Source: Octopus sinensis (lineage: Eukaryota). From it: a DNA stretch of 64,000 nt. Below the pieces are notes generated by a model that was not told the origin of the DNA, made no database searches, and was given only the letters and a program-made list of their open reading frames with translations. The position numbers and the translations under genes are program-made. Within the stretch, counting starts at the first letter, position 1, and the number at the start of each line of letters is the position of its first letter. Positions 26,546 through 40,563 of the stretch are shown piece by piece. The DNA lies in contig NC_043003.1 of assembly GCF_006345805.1 (NCBI RefSeq), positions 65,162,001-65,226,000 on the forward strand, given 5' to 3'.

Positions 26546-26826
26546 ATAACTGGCATTCCGTCGGTTACGACGACGAGGGTTTCAGTCGATCCGATTACCG
26601 GAACAGCCAGCTCGTGAAATTAATGTGCATGACGCTAGGCACTCCACAGACACGTGTACCATTAACGTAGTTCTCAGGGAGATTCAGCGTGACGCAGAAT
26701 GTGAGAAGGCCGGCCCTTTGAAAGCAACGGGAAATAATGTGCCCTGCTCAAAGACATAACGCATCGCTGGGAATTAAACTGACGACCTTGCGATTGTGAG
26801 ATGAACACCCTACCCACTAAGCCAGA
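26546..26826 (-). mobile_element. SINE family C
   Basis: taactggcattccgtcggttacgacgacgaggg... tail plus tRNA-like head (cccactaagcca). Confidence 0.8.
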
Positions 26827-27255
26827 CTTTCACAGACAAAATATAAACGAAGCTGCAAAGCGGATGTCAAATAAACTCTTCAGAGTCGTACCCCAGAATT
26901 ACAGGAAAGCAATAACGAACGGAAACCTGTTCATTCTATGAGAATGTATATAACTTAAGCTGATTGTAGGAATTGAGCACGCAACCAGTCACTTCTAAAC
27001 GAGCATTCATTAGAATGAAATCAATATATAATGTACATAACCAAACACTGAAAAGACATGAAAATCGATAACTAATAAGAAAATACCTTTATTGTATACT
27101 AATACAGAGAAAAACAAAACCGAAAGGAAAATAAACACTAAAGCATATATAAAGACATGCATACATACATATATATTTATATAAATATATATATAATATA
27201 TATATATATATAATACATATATATATATATTATATATATATACACACACACATAT

Positions 27256-27298
<43 letters not shown>

Positions 27299-27457
27299 TA
27301 TATATATACACACTACACATACTAAAACAAACGCGTATATATAATTATATTGCAGACGGAGATTTGGATGGATACACCCTCTAATAAAGAGAACCATGGA
27401 CAGTAGACTTATGATTATAGCTAGGTATATACATATATGGAAATATACATATATGTG

Positions 27458-27492
<35 letters not shown>

Positions 27493-28087
27493 ATATATAT
27501 ATATATGTGTGTGCGTGTGTGTGTGTGTGAGTGTGTGCATATATGTTTGTATAGATATGTATATATACACATGTATGTGTGTATACATATGTGCATACAT
27601 ATATACATACATTCACACATATATATATATTGGTGTGAATGTGTATATATGCATAGAAAATTACACGTATACAAACCGAGAAAGTTTGTATGATAGAGAT
27701 AATGAGAGAAAGAGAGAAAGAGAGAGCGAGGAAGAGAGAAGAAGAGAGAGACAGAGAAAGGGAAAGAGAGACTAAGCAGTGATAGAGACACATTACTTAC
27801 TATTGGAATATACATATTTGCGTGAATAGGGAAAACACAAACAAGGGATGTCTAGGAAGCAATAGTCTAAGAAGACCAATATTTAAAGAATACTTCATAA
27901 AACTCTCATTAGTGATGGCACAGTGAGTATACGAGCGTTAGGCTTATGACATATATGTTTACTGTGGAGATTATAAGTAAAGCTGGAGCTTAGCAAAACC
28001 ATACTTCCAGGCGTTTCAGCATATCTTGTCAGCCTAGCACATGTCCATCTCGTTTCCATATATATATATATATGAATATATATATAT

Positions 28088-28133
<46 letters not shown>

Positions 28134-28390
28134 CATATATATATACATATATATATATATGTATATAGATAGACATATACGTATATATATATATATATAC
28201 ATATATGTGTGTGTGCGTGAGTGCGTGAGTGTTTTTGTGTGTATGCGTGTATGTGTGTGTATATATATATATGCATATATGTGTACGTGTGTATACAGGA
28301 TTTCCCCTCCACCGCATACACACACGAAGCGCAACTATGAAGTCTAATCTGTCTTTGAATGACTTTTCGTTTCAGACCCATATCCGTACG

Positions 28391-28422
<32 letters not shown>

Positions 28423-29221
28423 GACTTATACACATACACAAACGCACACACAATTATTTTATATATGTACATATATGGAAGCATATTAATGTATAGGTGT
28501 ATAGAATGATATATTCGTAGTTAAAGGCTGACACCACATCAGATTCTGTTTTATAGGATCACATTCAATGAATAGATGCAGGAAGCAACTTAGAGAAGAA
28601 TGAAATGATAGAGGCGTTACTGAGGCGACAAATAGACTTCGAACCAATTCACTGTGGTGCCGTCTGTCTGTATTCTTAAATAGATATTGGACGTTTGAAT
28701 AGGTGGCTGCATATTAGCTTGTCCTGTATTGATGACGAAATGCAATTTATGATTATAGAGAATAAATGTTTCATTGGAAAATTTGTCATCTGTTTAGGGA
28801 TTAGGTTGAGTAAAAACGTGCATCGTATTAAGCTAATTTGATGTCATGTTAAATTTATATACGTACGTACATATATGCAATCGTTCACACACACACACAC
28901 ACACATACACATACACACATTGATTATTTTAGATGCATTTCAGCCGATTTTACGAAACAGTTTGTCGCTCTGAAGAAAGGTTATTATAAAGCTATGATTC
29001 AATCTTTGTAATTTTGCCGTTTATGTTGCTTTCTACAATATCTGTCTTTTACACACGACTATATGGGCCACTATATCAATTATATTACAAGACAGGCTTT
29101 TGGTTATTTTTACACTTATCGCCCCCGAGAGAAGATATTGCGATTACCAAATGACAATTTAGATTCTATGATAAGGGGAGATAACTTCAAACTCAAGATT
29201 TCTTCAACGTTGACTTGCCAT

Positions 29222-29620
29222 TTTTTCTTTATTGGTTTCTGTCATTTCACTGCGGCCATGCTGGAGCACCGCCTTTAGTCGAGCAAATCGACCCCAGGAC
29301 TTATTCTTTGTAAGCCTAGTACTTATTCAATCAGTGTCTTTCACCGAACCGCTAGGTGACGGGGACGTGAACACACCAGCGTCAGTTGTCAAGTGATGTT
29401 GGGCGGGACAAACACAGACACACAAACATATACACACACATACATATATATATATACATATATACGACGGGCTTCTTTCAGTTTCCATTTACCAAATCCA
29501 CTCACAAGGCTTTGGTCGGCCCGTGGCTATAGTAGAAGACACTTGCCCAAGTTGCCACGCAGTGGGACTGAACCCGGAACCATGTGGTTGGTAAGCAAGC
29601 TACTTACCGCACAGTCACTC
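29222..29620 (-). mobile_element. SINE family A, full length
   Basis: Close to family consensus throughout. Confidence 0.92.
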
Positions 29621-30124
29621 CTAAAGACAGCATTGCTTGGATATAAGGTGACAGTCTTAGACACGCGCTTCTCCATTATAGTATAAGTCAGTCATCTAAG
29701 CTGTAGCGTCACGAAGTTGCATCCGAAGCTATGTTAGTGAAGCGAACTTTATAACCAGACACGCATACACACACTTACATGAACGCACGTTCAAACGCAC
29801 ACATATGTACATACATATACATACTTATATGCGCATACACACATAAATATGTTGAGTGCATTTCTTTCTTCTCAAGCGTGAAGTTCATCGAGTACCTATA
29901 TGATATCCTATATTGTCATAGTGTATATGCTAAATAATATTGATAATAATAATAGTGAAATCAAGAACATAACACCCGAAGATGGTTATTGAGTTAAAAG
30001 TGTGTCGAGCTTTCTGTACAAAGTGATTGTCATGTGTAATTTATGCGATTCTCTATTTAGATTTGAATTTTTTATCGCTTCTATGATTGGCTGTTTCGTA
30101 TTTAGTAGTGATATATTAATATTC

Positions 30125-30735
30125 TTTTCTACTCTAGGCAAAAATCCCGAAACTTTTGTGAAAGGGGATAGTCGATTAGATAGACCCTAGTACGCAACTG
30201 GTACTTAATTTATCTACACCGAAAGGATGAAAGGCAAAGGCGAATTCAGCGGAATTTGAACTCAGAACGTAAAGACAGACGAAACACCTCTAAGCATTTC
30301 GCCCGGTGTGCTTACGTTTCTTATTTCTGTATTGCCCATAAGGGGCTAAACATAGAGGGAACACACAAGGACAGGCAAACGGATTAAGTCGATTAGAACG
30401 ACCCCAGTGTGTAACTGGTACTTAATTTATCAACACCGAAAGGATGAGAGGCAATGTCAACCTCGGCGGGATTTGAACTCAGAACGTAAAGGCGGACAAA
30501 ATACACATTTCTTTACTTCCCACAAGGGGCTAAACACAGAGAGGACAAACAAGGATAGAGAAACGGATTAAGTCGATTAGACGGACCTCAGTAACTGGTA
30601 CTTAATTTATCAACCCCGAAAAGATGAAAGACAAAAGCGAATTCAGGGGAATTTGAACTTAGAACGTAAAGACAGACGAAATACCACTAAGCATTTCGAC
30701 CGGCGTGCTAACGTTTCTACCAGCTCGGCGCCTTA
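30125..30735 (-). mobile_element. SINE family B multimer (three cores)
   Basis: Core repeats at ~30190, ~30410 and ~30590, separated by the cccacaaggggctaaacacaga spacer. Confidence 0.88.
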
Positions 30736-31342
30736 GTGATATTTTAATATTGACAATATATTAATGAGTTGGGATGATTTAATGCCAATGGGAAAATAAC
30801 ATAGACAAAGAGGATTATACATAATTTATATATAATTAAAAGGTGACGCCGGTCATGATATTGTAATTACTTTGTAATGATATGTTGGATTTTAAATACA
30901 ATTATATCGCTTTCTTTGTATGATATGACTTAACGGTGTTTTGTAGGGGAATGAAAATAAGGGCTGGAATATCCTTTATGTGAAGATTTATTTAATGAAA
31001 TTAATAAAGTAAAATTCTTTCTAATTTTGGCACAAGACTAGTAATTTTGAAGGAGGTGCTCGTTGATTACATCTCTCCAAGTATTCAACTGGTACTTATT
31101 TTATCGATCCTAAAATGACCAAAGTCAACATCGACCTCGGTGACATTTGAACTCATAACGTAACGCCGGAAGAAAAGCCGCTAAGATTTTTGTTGGGCAT
31201 GGTTACGATTCTGCCACCTTCAAAATAAAACATAAAAGGAAGCTGAACTATAATGGATACAAGATTAACAATTCAAAGTAGAAAAATTCAAATTAAAAAA
31301 CAGAATGAAAAGTGAATATGTTGAAGAGATTCAAGATATACT

Positions 31343-31755
31343 CTCTTTACTCTTTTACTCTTTTACTTGTTTCAGTCATTTGACTGCGGCCATGCTGGAG
31401 CACCGCCTTTAGTCGAGCAAATCGACCCCGGGACTTATTCTTTGTAAGCCCAGTACTTATTCTATTGGTCTCTTTTGCCGAACCGCTAAGTGACGGGGAC
31501 GTAAACACACCAGCATCGGTTGTCAAGCAATGCTATGGGGGACAAACACAGACACACAAACACACGCATACATATATATATGTACATATATACGACAGGC
31601 TTCTTTCAGTTTCCGTCTACCAAATCCACTCACAAGGCATTGGTCGGCCCGGGGCTATAGCAGAAGACACTTGCCCAAGATGCCACGCAGTGGGATTGAA
31701 CCCGGAACCATGTGGCTGGTAAACAAGCTACTTACCACACAACCACTCCTGCGCC
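31343..31755 (-). mobile_element. SINE family A, full length, young
   Basis: Repetitive tail (ctctttta)n, intact body, head aggcgcaggagtgg. Confidence 0.92.
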
Positions 31756-33248
31756 TACTGATAAGAAAATGACTCCCTTATTGGATATATTATAGGTTTA
31801 TAGCGTTTAAAGATTGAGTTTAAAAAAGAGTGGCTGTTATTACATTTTTATCAAATAAAATTTAATAATTTCCGTCACGCAAATATTACATGGCATTTTG
31901 TTCCCGCTTTTAAATTTCATCTTATGTCGCAATGCTTGTTTGTCGTATAATTTCAAAATATATGGGGAAATGAAGTGTCGTTACCTCTATTAAAATTACG
32001 TAATATATGAGCATATATGGCTCTATATTCGACAATGTCAGGTTGTAATTAAACTCATTCGTCTATAAATCTAGTTTGAATATTTCTTGCACAAAATTAA
32101 GAGCCATATTTTGTCAGGCGTAAAATTAGACAACATGTCACCCGCATATATCCGACGTTAAAATATTAAAATCTTTCACACCTTTACTAAAAAAAAAAGA
32201 AAATTAAACATGAATACAATCTCAAAGAAAAAGTGTTACACATCACTATTTGTTATTCAAAGGTACCGACATTTTCCACCTAGTATTTGAATACTATTGT
32301 TCAAATAAAATTAGGTGAAGATAGAATTACAGATACCTGTGTGCGTGCGTATAATCTATGACTATACACACTCGTATAGTGACTAAGCCCAGTAGCATAC
32401 TAGCGCTTGAAGACCGCAAGAAACATACAAAAACACATATATGTATATATTGTAGTACTCAGGTCATGTTTCGTTATATTGTTTATATATACACACAGAC
32501 ACATACACACATATATAAATATTTATATGTGTGTATCAGTCTATATATATGCATACGTATGTATCTATATGAATATACATGTATACGTAGTCAGTCAGAG
32601 AGAGAGAAACACACGCGTATACATACAATTCTATTTTAACGCTGAGATATTTAAAGAAAAAATTATCTAAAGAAAATATCTCATAATTGAATATATTTTT
32701 CACTTCCAGAGGAAGAGTAATATAGAAATCTAAGACGGAACCTCAACAAAACAACACAAGTAGCAACAACAAAAGCAACAAAGAAAAGTTACAAAGTATA
32801 TGACAACCGCGACAAAAAAAAAAAAAAGAAAGAAAGAAAGAAAGAAAGAAGAATTACAATGAATCTAAGTGAAGCGATACCGACAGTCAGACAGAGTATG
32901 ACAAGAAAATGAGAGAAAACAAGAATAAAAAGAAAAAGAAAAAAGAACAAGCTCTAAGATACTAACCATGACAACAAGAATAATAACAAGAAGAAGGACA
33001 ATAAAAAGAGCAACAACAATATTATGTACACCAGTAACACCTGCGCCCTCGACTCAGGTTTCCAGGACTACTGTACCAATATTTCTGAAGACAACAGCTG
33101 TAATATAACACCTGTCCAATATCGATCAAAACTGATGTCCTAAGTACACTGAAGGAAATGGAAGAAGAGGAAAATATATATAAATAACATGACAACTACC
33201 ACAGCAGCAGCAGTAGTAGTAGTGGTAGTAGTAGTAGTAGTGGTGGTG

Positions 33249-33299
<51 letters not shown>

Positions 33300-33610
33300 A
33301 TAATCATAATAGTTTCGTGACGCAGTCAACAGAAGGTAATAAATGAATCTTTGATAAAGTCTCTAGGATTCTTTGATCTTTATCTTCCTGTAGCTTTTCT
33401 CCATTTTCTGTTTCTATTCTTATAATTTTCTTTCATTATTTGGGTTTCTTAATTTCTTTTATGTTAAAAAAAAAAAAATTAATGTTTCTCTCAATTTTTC
33501 TTTCCTTTCTTTTTTACGTCATTTATATTTCAATTATTATGTTGATCTTGACTATTCTTTCTCTTCATCCTCTCACTCTCTCGATCTAAAATTCTTAGCA
33601 TTGACATTGC

Positions 33611-33680
<70 letters not shown>

Positions 33681-34212
33681 GAGTGAGAGAGCAGTTCATG
33701 CCATCAAAGTGACACTGGGGTAAAATATACGAAGCCCAATATACCCATCATGACTACCCGTCTGATAAGGGCACACCAGGCACATGCATCACAACCATAT
33801 GTGCGCGGCATGGTGATCTCGTATCAAGATAAACTGCACATGACCTTGAAGGTGGGGCCCAGTTAGAATTTTCTTCAGGTTGAGTAGCCCATCCCGCTCA
33901 AACGGTCCCTGAATAAGGGTTGTTTAAGGATGTTGAAAAAACCACCCATGTCTCCAGAGGTGAATTATTCAAACCCCCAAAAATCCCTCTGATGCTCCCC
34001 CACTACTTCTGCTCGTGATCAGAGATGCACATATCGTCAGCCACTAAGGGACATGCTCAACTGGTTAAGGTCAAACAACTGACAAGCAAATCTGTGGTAT
34101 TGAGCAGAATATTTGCTGTAGCCCATCTTTTATACCAAGACAGAACAATGTACATGATAACACTTCCAATCAGTTAAGATCTCAGAAGCCATGAGAGCCA
34201 ATGCATCAGGGC
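33681..34212 (-). mobile_element. Non-coding ~530-bp interspersed element (family D) bounded by (TTA)n on both sides
   Basis: A second, highly similar copy lies at 54003-54340. No tRNA-like head recognised. (AAT)n tail on the minus strand. Confidence 0.8.
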
Positions 34213-34263
<51 letters not shown>

Positions 34264-34283
34264 CATCATCATTATTATTATCA

Positions 34284-34855
34284 AGGCGACGAGCTGGCAG
34301 AAACGTTAGCACGCCGGGTGAAATGCTTAGCGGTAGTTCGTCTGCCGTTACGTTCTGTGTTGAAATTCGCCGAGGTCGACTTTGCCTTTCATCCTTTTGG
34401 GGTCGATGAATTAAGTACCAGTTATGCACTAGGGTCGATGTAATCGACTTAATCCGTTTATCTGTCCTTGTTTGTCCTCTCTGTGTTTAGCCCCTTATGG
34501 GTAGTGAAGAAATAGGTATTTCGTCTGCCGCTACATTCTGAGTTCAAATTCCGCCGTTGGTCGACTTTGCCTTTCATCCTTTCGGGGTCGATTAAATAAG
34601 TACCAGTTACGCACTGGTGTCGATATAATCGACTTAATCCGTTTGTTTGTCCTCGTTTGTCCTCCCTGTGTTTAGTCGCTTGTGGGTAGTAAAGAAGTAG
34701 GTATTTCGTCTTCCGTTACTTTCTGAGTTCAAATTCCGCCTAGGTCGACTTTCCCTTTCATCCTTTCGTGGTCGATTAAATACGTACCAGTTACACATTG
34801 GGATCGATGTTACCGACTTAATCACCTCCTCCAAGCTGCCCTTGTTGTAAAAATT
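34284..34855 (+). mobile_element. SINE family B multimer (three cores)
   Basis: One head, then cores at ~34370, ~34555 and ~34738 joined by the same spacer. Confidence 0.9.
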
Positions 34856-34869
34856 TTAATCATCACTAC

Positions 34870-34930
<61 letters not shown>

Positions 34931-37925
34931 TGATTGTATTTGTACAGGTTCTATCTCTGAATATGTACAACAGTGCCAGCTGTACTCTACCAGTGAGCTC
35001 AGGTAACATCCCTTAGTTTTCGAACACCATCCAGAGTATTCGAGCGGTTCCAAGCAGTGCTGTTTTCTGCAAGTGCTCCACACTTATTGCAGCCTTTATT
35101 TCTGCCATGTACTTCCCGAGATTTTTACTCACTGTTCCCAGGGCTCTAACAACTACTGGTACTGATGCCACTTTTTTCGTCGACCACAAATGCTTAACCT
35201 CCCACACTAACCTGTCATATCTATCGGCTTTTCTTTCTTCCTTATTGCATACCTTATTGTTAGCTGGGCATGCTATATTTATGACGCAGTATCGTTTGCT
35301 TTCTTTCTCAATTAAGACTATGTCTGGTTACCTGTTCTCTATCTCATGGTCGCACTGAATCATAAAAGCCCATAGGATCTTTGCATTATCAGTTTCGATG
35401 ATGCCATCGGATTTATGTTCGTACCACTTTTTTGCTTTTTCAAGTCCATACTTGTTGCAAAGTGTCCAATGGACAATCCCTGCTGTACTCTCATGACGTC
35501 TCTCTAGGATAGTGGCGTACATTAACTGGTAATATATCATACGGTTTAACCATTTTGTCCACAAATTCTGCACTTATCACTTTCTGATGTGTTGTCTCTT
35601 CTGTATTTGATGTAATTCCTTCTTAATGCTTGCTCGTGAGCAGCACAGATTACAGCCTCTGCTTCCGGTTTGAAATCCCTTTTAGTCATCCATAGCCATC
35701 TTCTTACTCTATCTGTCTTATCTTCAACATCCCTGTGAAATTGTCCATGCGTTCTTTTCTTTAATCCACCTCTTTTAAGTTTCATTTATTCTCAAGTGCT
35801 TCTATAGTGTTTATCTTTGCCATCTTCCATCCTACACAACCATGAGCTTCTTACTTCCAGTAATAGCGGTTCTGTGGTATTTTTTTACATGCCATGCTAT
35901 GTTGTTTTCTTCTGCGCTAATGTTGTGTTCGCATCCAACCAATTCTGTTCCCTCTCTTTCCTTGCTACATACAGTCTGTCTATGTCACTTTTGGGGTGGA
36001 GTATCCCATATCTAGTTAGCAACTTCCTTGTCTTTCTGTCTAAGCTGTTTAGTTTGCCTAATGTCCATGTGATAACCCATGATCCATATCTAAGGAATGA
36101 AACTGCTCAGGTGTTGATAGCTTCAATCATATTCCGTCCGTTTAATTTCGTCTTAAAGATCAGACTCAGTCTGCGCAAGTACACCACCTTAAATTTTTCT
36201 GTCATTCCTTTCTCCATCAATTTGTCCATTCCCCAAATCCCAAAGTACTTATAGCCTATCTCTTCTATCTACTTCATAACCTCCTCCGACGGTATCGTTA
36301 GTCCGTCCATACATTTGATTTTGCCTCTCTTGAAGACTAACACACCACACTTTCTCAGTCCGAACTCCATTCTGATATCAGCATTGAAGGTATACACCGT
36401 ATCAACGAGGGAACTGACTTAAGGTTAATCTTTACCATAAAGTTTGAGGTCATCCATGAATAACAAGTGACTGACATTTTGCTGGCGGCTTTTGAATGCA
36501 TACCCAGCTTTTGCTTTCCTCAGAATCAGTGTTAGTCGTATCATACACAGTAGAAAGATCAGTGAGGAAGATGCCTCTTCTGATTTCTATTATACCTAAA
36601 CCTCTTCCATATGCTGTCAGTTCCGTCCTCCCCTCCGCCATACTTTTACCAAGCAATCGCTCAACATTCGATGCAATACCAAATAGGTTCATACATTCCA
36701 TAATCCAAGAATATGGGATCATATCGTATTCCTTACGATTATCGATCCATAACATGACTAAGTTAGTTTCCCCTCTTGCAGTCTCTGAGTACAGTTTTAT
36801 CTACCAGGAGTTGATCATTGGTACCTCTGCACTTATGCTTGCAACCCTTCTGCTCATGTGGCAGGAATCCATTTTTTTTCCCAGATGTTCGTACATTGAT
36901 TTTGTGACTATTCTAATCAATATTTTCCACTTAAGTGGCAAACAGGTTATCGGTTTGTAATTCTCTACCGTATTGCCTTTTTCGATGTTTTTCAAGCACG
37001 GCACTGTCCTATCCATTGCTAATCACTCTGGTGTTACTTGGTCGGCATTCAACAAGATGGTGAGTTGAGCAGCTATTCGGGCATGACATTCACCAAATCT
37101 TTTGATCCACTACTCCATCTGGACCCGGGCCCTTCCAGTTGCCCATTTTTTTTTTCTGATTTCCTTCACTTCCCTAACGGAAATGAACAGTTCTGCCTGT
37201 TTTGGACAGATTACTGTTTGTTTCAATTCTTGCAACAATTGAGCATTTTTCTTGTGCTCCTTGTCTTTGCTCCAGTTGTCACTCCAAAATCTTTGACTCT
37301 CAATGTTATCTGGTATCAACTGTTTATCTGTACACTCTCCATTTATTTCTTTGTAGAATCTCTTCTGATCTACTCTGAATAACCTATTCTGCTGGTATTC
37401 CTTCATTGTTTGGTCGTATCTTACCATCTTTGCTTTCTTTGCAACGAAGCGCTGCTTCAGTTCCTCCATTGCCACTTTCAGGCCCTTTTTTTCAATGTCA
37501 TACTTCCTGCTCAGTGTCCTGTATTTTGTTCGCTTTTATCCTCCCCCTTCTCTTTTCGGTCTAATACAGAAATATCCTTTGGGAGCATATCTAATCCCAC
37601 ATGTATTTTTCTTTTCCACCAAGGATATTTTCTTTTGTCACTCCCATTAAATTTCTTTACCTGACGTCAAGAACCACATTTTCTGCTACACTTTGCAACA
37701 AGTATAGACTTGGCAGAGAAAAAAATTGGTATCTGCCGCTACGTTCTGAGTTCAAATTCCGCTGAGGTCGACTTTGCCTTTCATCTTTTCGGGGTCGATT
37801 AAATAAGTACCAGGTTCGCACTGTGGTCGATATAATCGACTTTTTTCTTCCTTATCGCATAGCTTGTTTTCAGCGGGGTATTCTATATTTATGATCCAAC
37901 ATAGTTTGTTTTCATTCTCAATTAA
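34931..37925 (-). mobile_element. R4/Dong-clade LINE, ~3 kb, degraded, with SINE-B inserted at ~37730-37842
   Basis: Minus-strand motifs: ELKQRFVAKKAK..RY, NYKPITCLP..WK, K.YDMIPYSWI, RRGIF, HLLFMDDLKL (~36440-36470), CRICG zinc knuckle, KILW.F.IQCD, VPVVVRALG, LQKTALLGTARIL. (TTA)n tail at 34868-34930. Confidence 0.93.
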
Positions 37926-38462
37926 TTTGTACAGGTTCTATCTCTGAATATGTAGAACAGTGCCAGCTGTACTCTACCAGTGAGCTCAGGTAACATCCCT
38001 TAGTTTTCGAACACCATCCAGTGTATTCGAGCGGTTCCAAGCAGTGCTGTTTTCTGCAAGTGCTCCACCCTTATTGCAGCCTCTATTTCTGCCATGTACT
38101 TCCCAAGATTTTTACTCACTGTTCTCAGGGCTCTAACAACTACTGGCTTTGTATTCTCCCTCTCATGGTCGCACAGAATCATAAAATCCCTTAGGATCTT
38201 TGCATTATAATTTTCCATGATGCTTTCGGGTTTGTGGTCTTACCAATTTTTTTTTTTCTGTCAAGTACACACTTGTTGCAAAGTGTCCAATGGACAAGCC
38301 TGGCTATATTGTTGTGGCGTCTCTTATATATTCCTTCTGGGCTAGTGGCGTACATTGGCTGGTAATATGCCAAACGCTTTCACTATTTTTTCCACAGATT
38401 CTGCACTTATTTTCTGATGTGTTGTCTACATTGTATTTTATGTAGTCTGTTCTTAGTGCTTG
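37926..38462 (-). mobile_element. Second 5'-truncated copy of the same R4/Dong subfamily (zinc knuckle, REL end, 3' UTR)
   Basis: 3' UTR and C-terminus nearly identical to 34940-35160. EQALRT..IKY..D..CRICG. 5' end abuts (TTA)n. Confidence 0.92.
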
Positions 38463-39035
<573 letters not shown>

Positions 39036-39154
39036 GTCAGCCTGTCTCTCCTTCCCATTCTCTGTCTGTCTATCTTTATTTCCCTTTCTATGTATCTTTA
39101 CCTCTCATAAACGGCCCCAATGCGCAGTGCGTTCGGTCATTGAGAGTGACTCAC

Positions 39155-39225
39155 AGCCATCCTATCACCTTCGGAAATGAAGATGATGCCATCAGACTCT
39201 TCCTGTATAAAGTCCATATTATCAA
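39155..39225 (-). CDS. Candidate internal coding exon of an unidentified host gene (DNMDFIQEESDGIIFISEGDRMA)
   Basis: Minus strand: ...cttactcaatacacccag| exon |gtgagt. 71 nt, phase 1 in, phase 0 out. Phase-compatible with 40515-40563. Confidence 0.45.
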
Positions 39226-39614
39226 CTGGGTGTATTGAGTAAGTATAATGCATTGACATGTTTTTTAAATCTTAATACGGTCCCAGCTGCGTATACCGGA
39301 TTCTTATTCTACTAGATGGCTGTTCGAAACATCAGGGAACGTTTTATTCACTGTTCCCAATATCGGAATCAATGGATTGTTTATAGAGCATGTGAGTGGT
39401 TGCGAGATTGCTCATTAAAACGTCCCAAAAGGCCGAAGTGTAACTGACAGGAAGACTTATCGCGTCAAATATCAATTTTGTTTTTGATCGTAACATGTCC
39501 ACAAGATGAGAACTGATCGATTAACATTGTATATGCATTAAATATGATACCTAGATAGATGTTTTAATTTGATTCTGCATCAATTGCACTTTATATATAT
39601 ATATATGTGTATAC

Positions 39615-39685
<71 letters not shown>

Positions 39686-39773
39686 GCAAAATTTAGACAC
39701 AAATGAATTTGGTACTTAAGCTAGATGCACCAGAATTTTGTATGGTGTTATCGATATAAATCCATGGGGTGAT

Positions 39774-39853
39774 TATAATCAAAATAAGCAACAAGAATAT
39801 CTTCGGTAATTTGGTACCAAATTACCGAAGATATTCTTGTTGCTTATTTTGAT

Positions 39854-39857
<4 letters not shown>
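39774..39857. repeat. Perfect 84-bp palindrome with no spacer, adjacent to (TA)n
   Basis: 42-bp arms centred on ggt|acc at 39815/39816. Confidence 0.93.
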
Positions 39858-39884
<27 letters not shown>

Positions 39885-39911
39885 ATATTTATATATATAA
39901 TCACCTCTTTC

Positions 39912-39956
<45 letters not shown>

Positions 39957-40027
39957 GTATATATATAATCATCTCTCTCTCTTTTTCCTCTGTGTATATA
40001 TATTTATGTGTGTGTGTATGTATAGCA

Positions 40028-40087
<60 letters not shown>

Positions 40088-40089
40088 AT

Positions 40090-40325
<236 letters not shown>

Positions 40326-40514
40326 AGGCTGTTCCTAACGCAAAAGAAAGAAAAAAAATTGAAAAAGGCGTCAGAAAATATCGTAAAATTCAATTACTTA
40401 TTCCAATACCAAGAAAGAGTTGAGTGCATGCAGGCAAAGATAGTCTGAGTCAGCGACGCCTTCCATTAACCATCAAACATGGTTTTAGGAGATAACAAAC
40501 GTCAATTTTCTTAC

Positions 40515-40563
40515 TCTTGGTGGTCATCGTTTTATTTCCCTCAAGTTGCCAAACGGCGTCAAA
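40515..40563 (-). CDS. Candidate internal coding micro-exon (FDAVWQLEGNKTMTTK)
   Basis: Minus strand: ttcttgttgtcaacag| exon |gtaaga. 49 nt, only frame 0 is open, phase 1 out. Confidence 0.45.

Noticed and set aside
27010-28489. Numerous overlapping YI/CV/HT-rich ORFs (also 6971-7955, 13264-14553, 17304-19778, 40752-41257, 50146-52573)
   Set aside because: These are dinucleotide and tetranucleotide microsatellite translations.
30125-30735. Regularly spaced repeats resembling a CRISPR-like array
   Set aside because: The repeats are SINE modules of ~185 bp with a constant rather than unique spacer. The context is eukaryotic with no cas genes.
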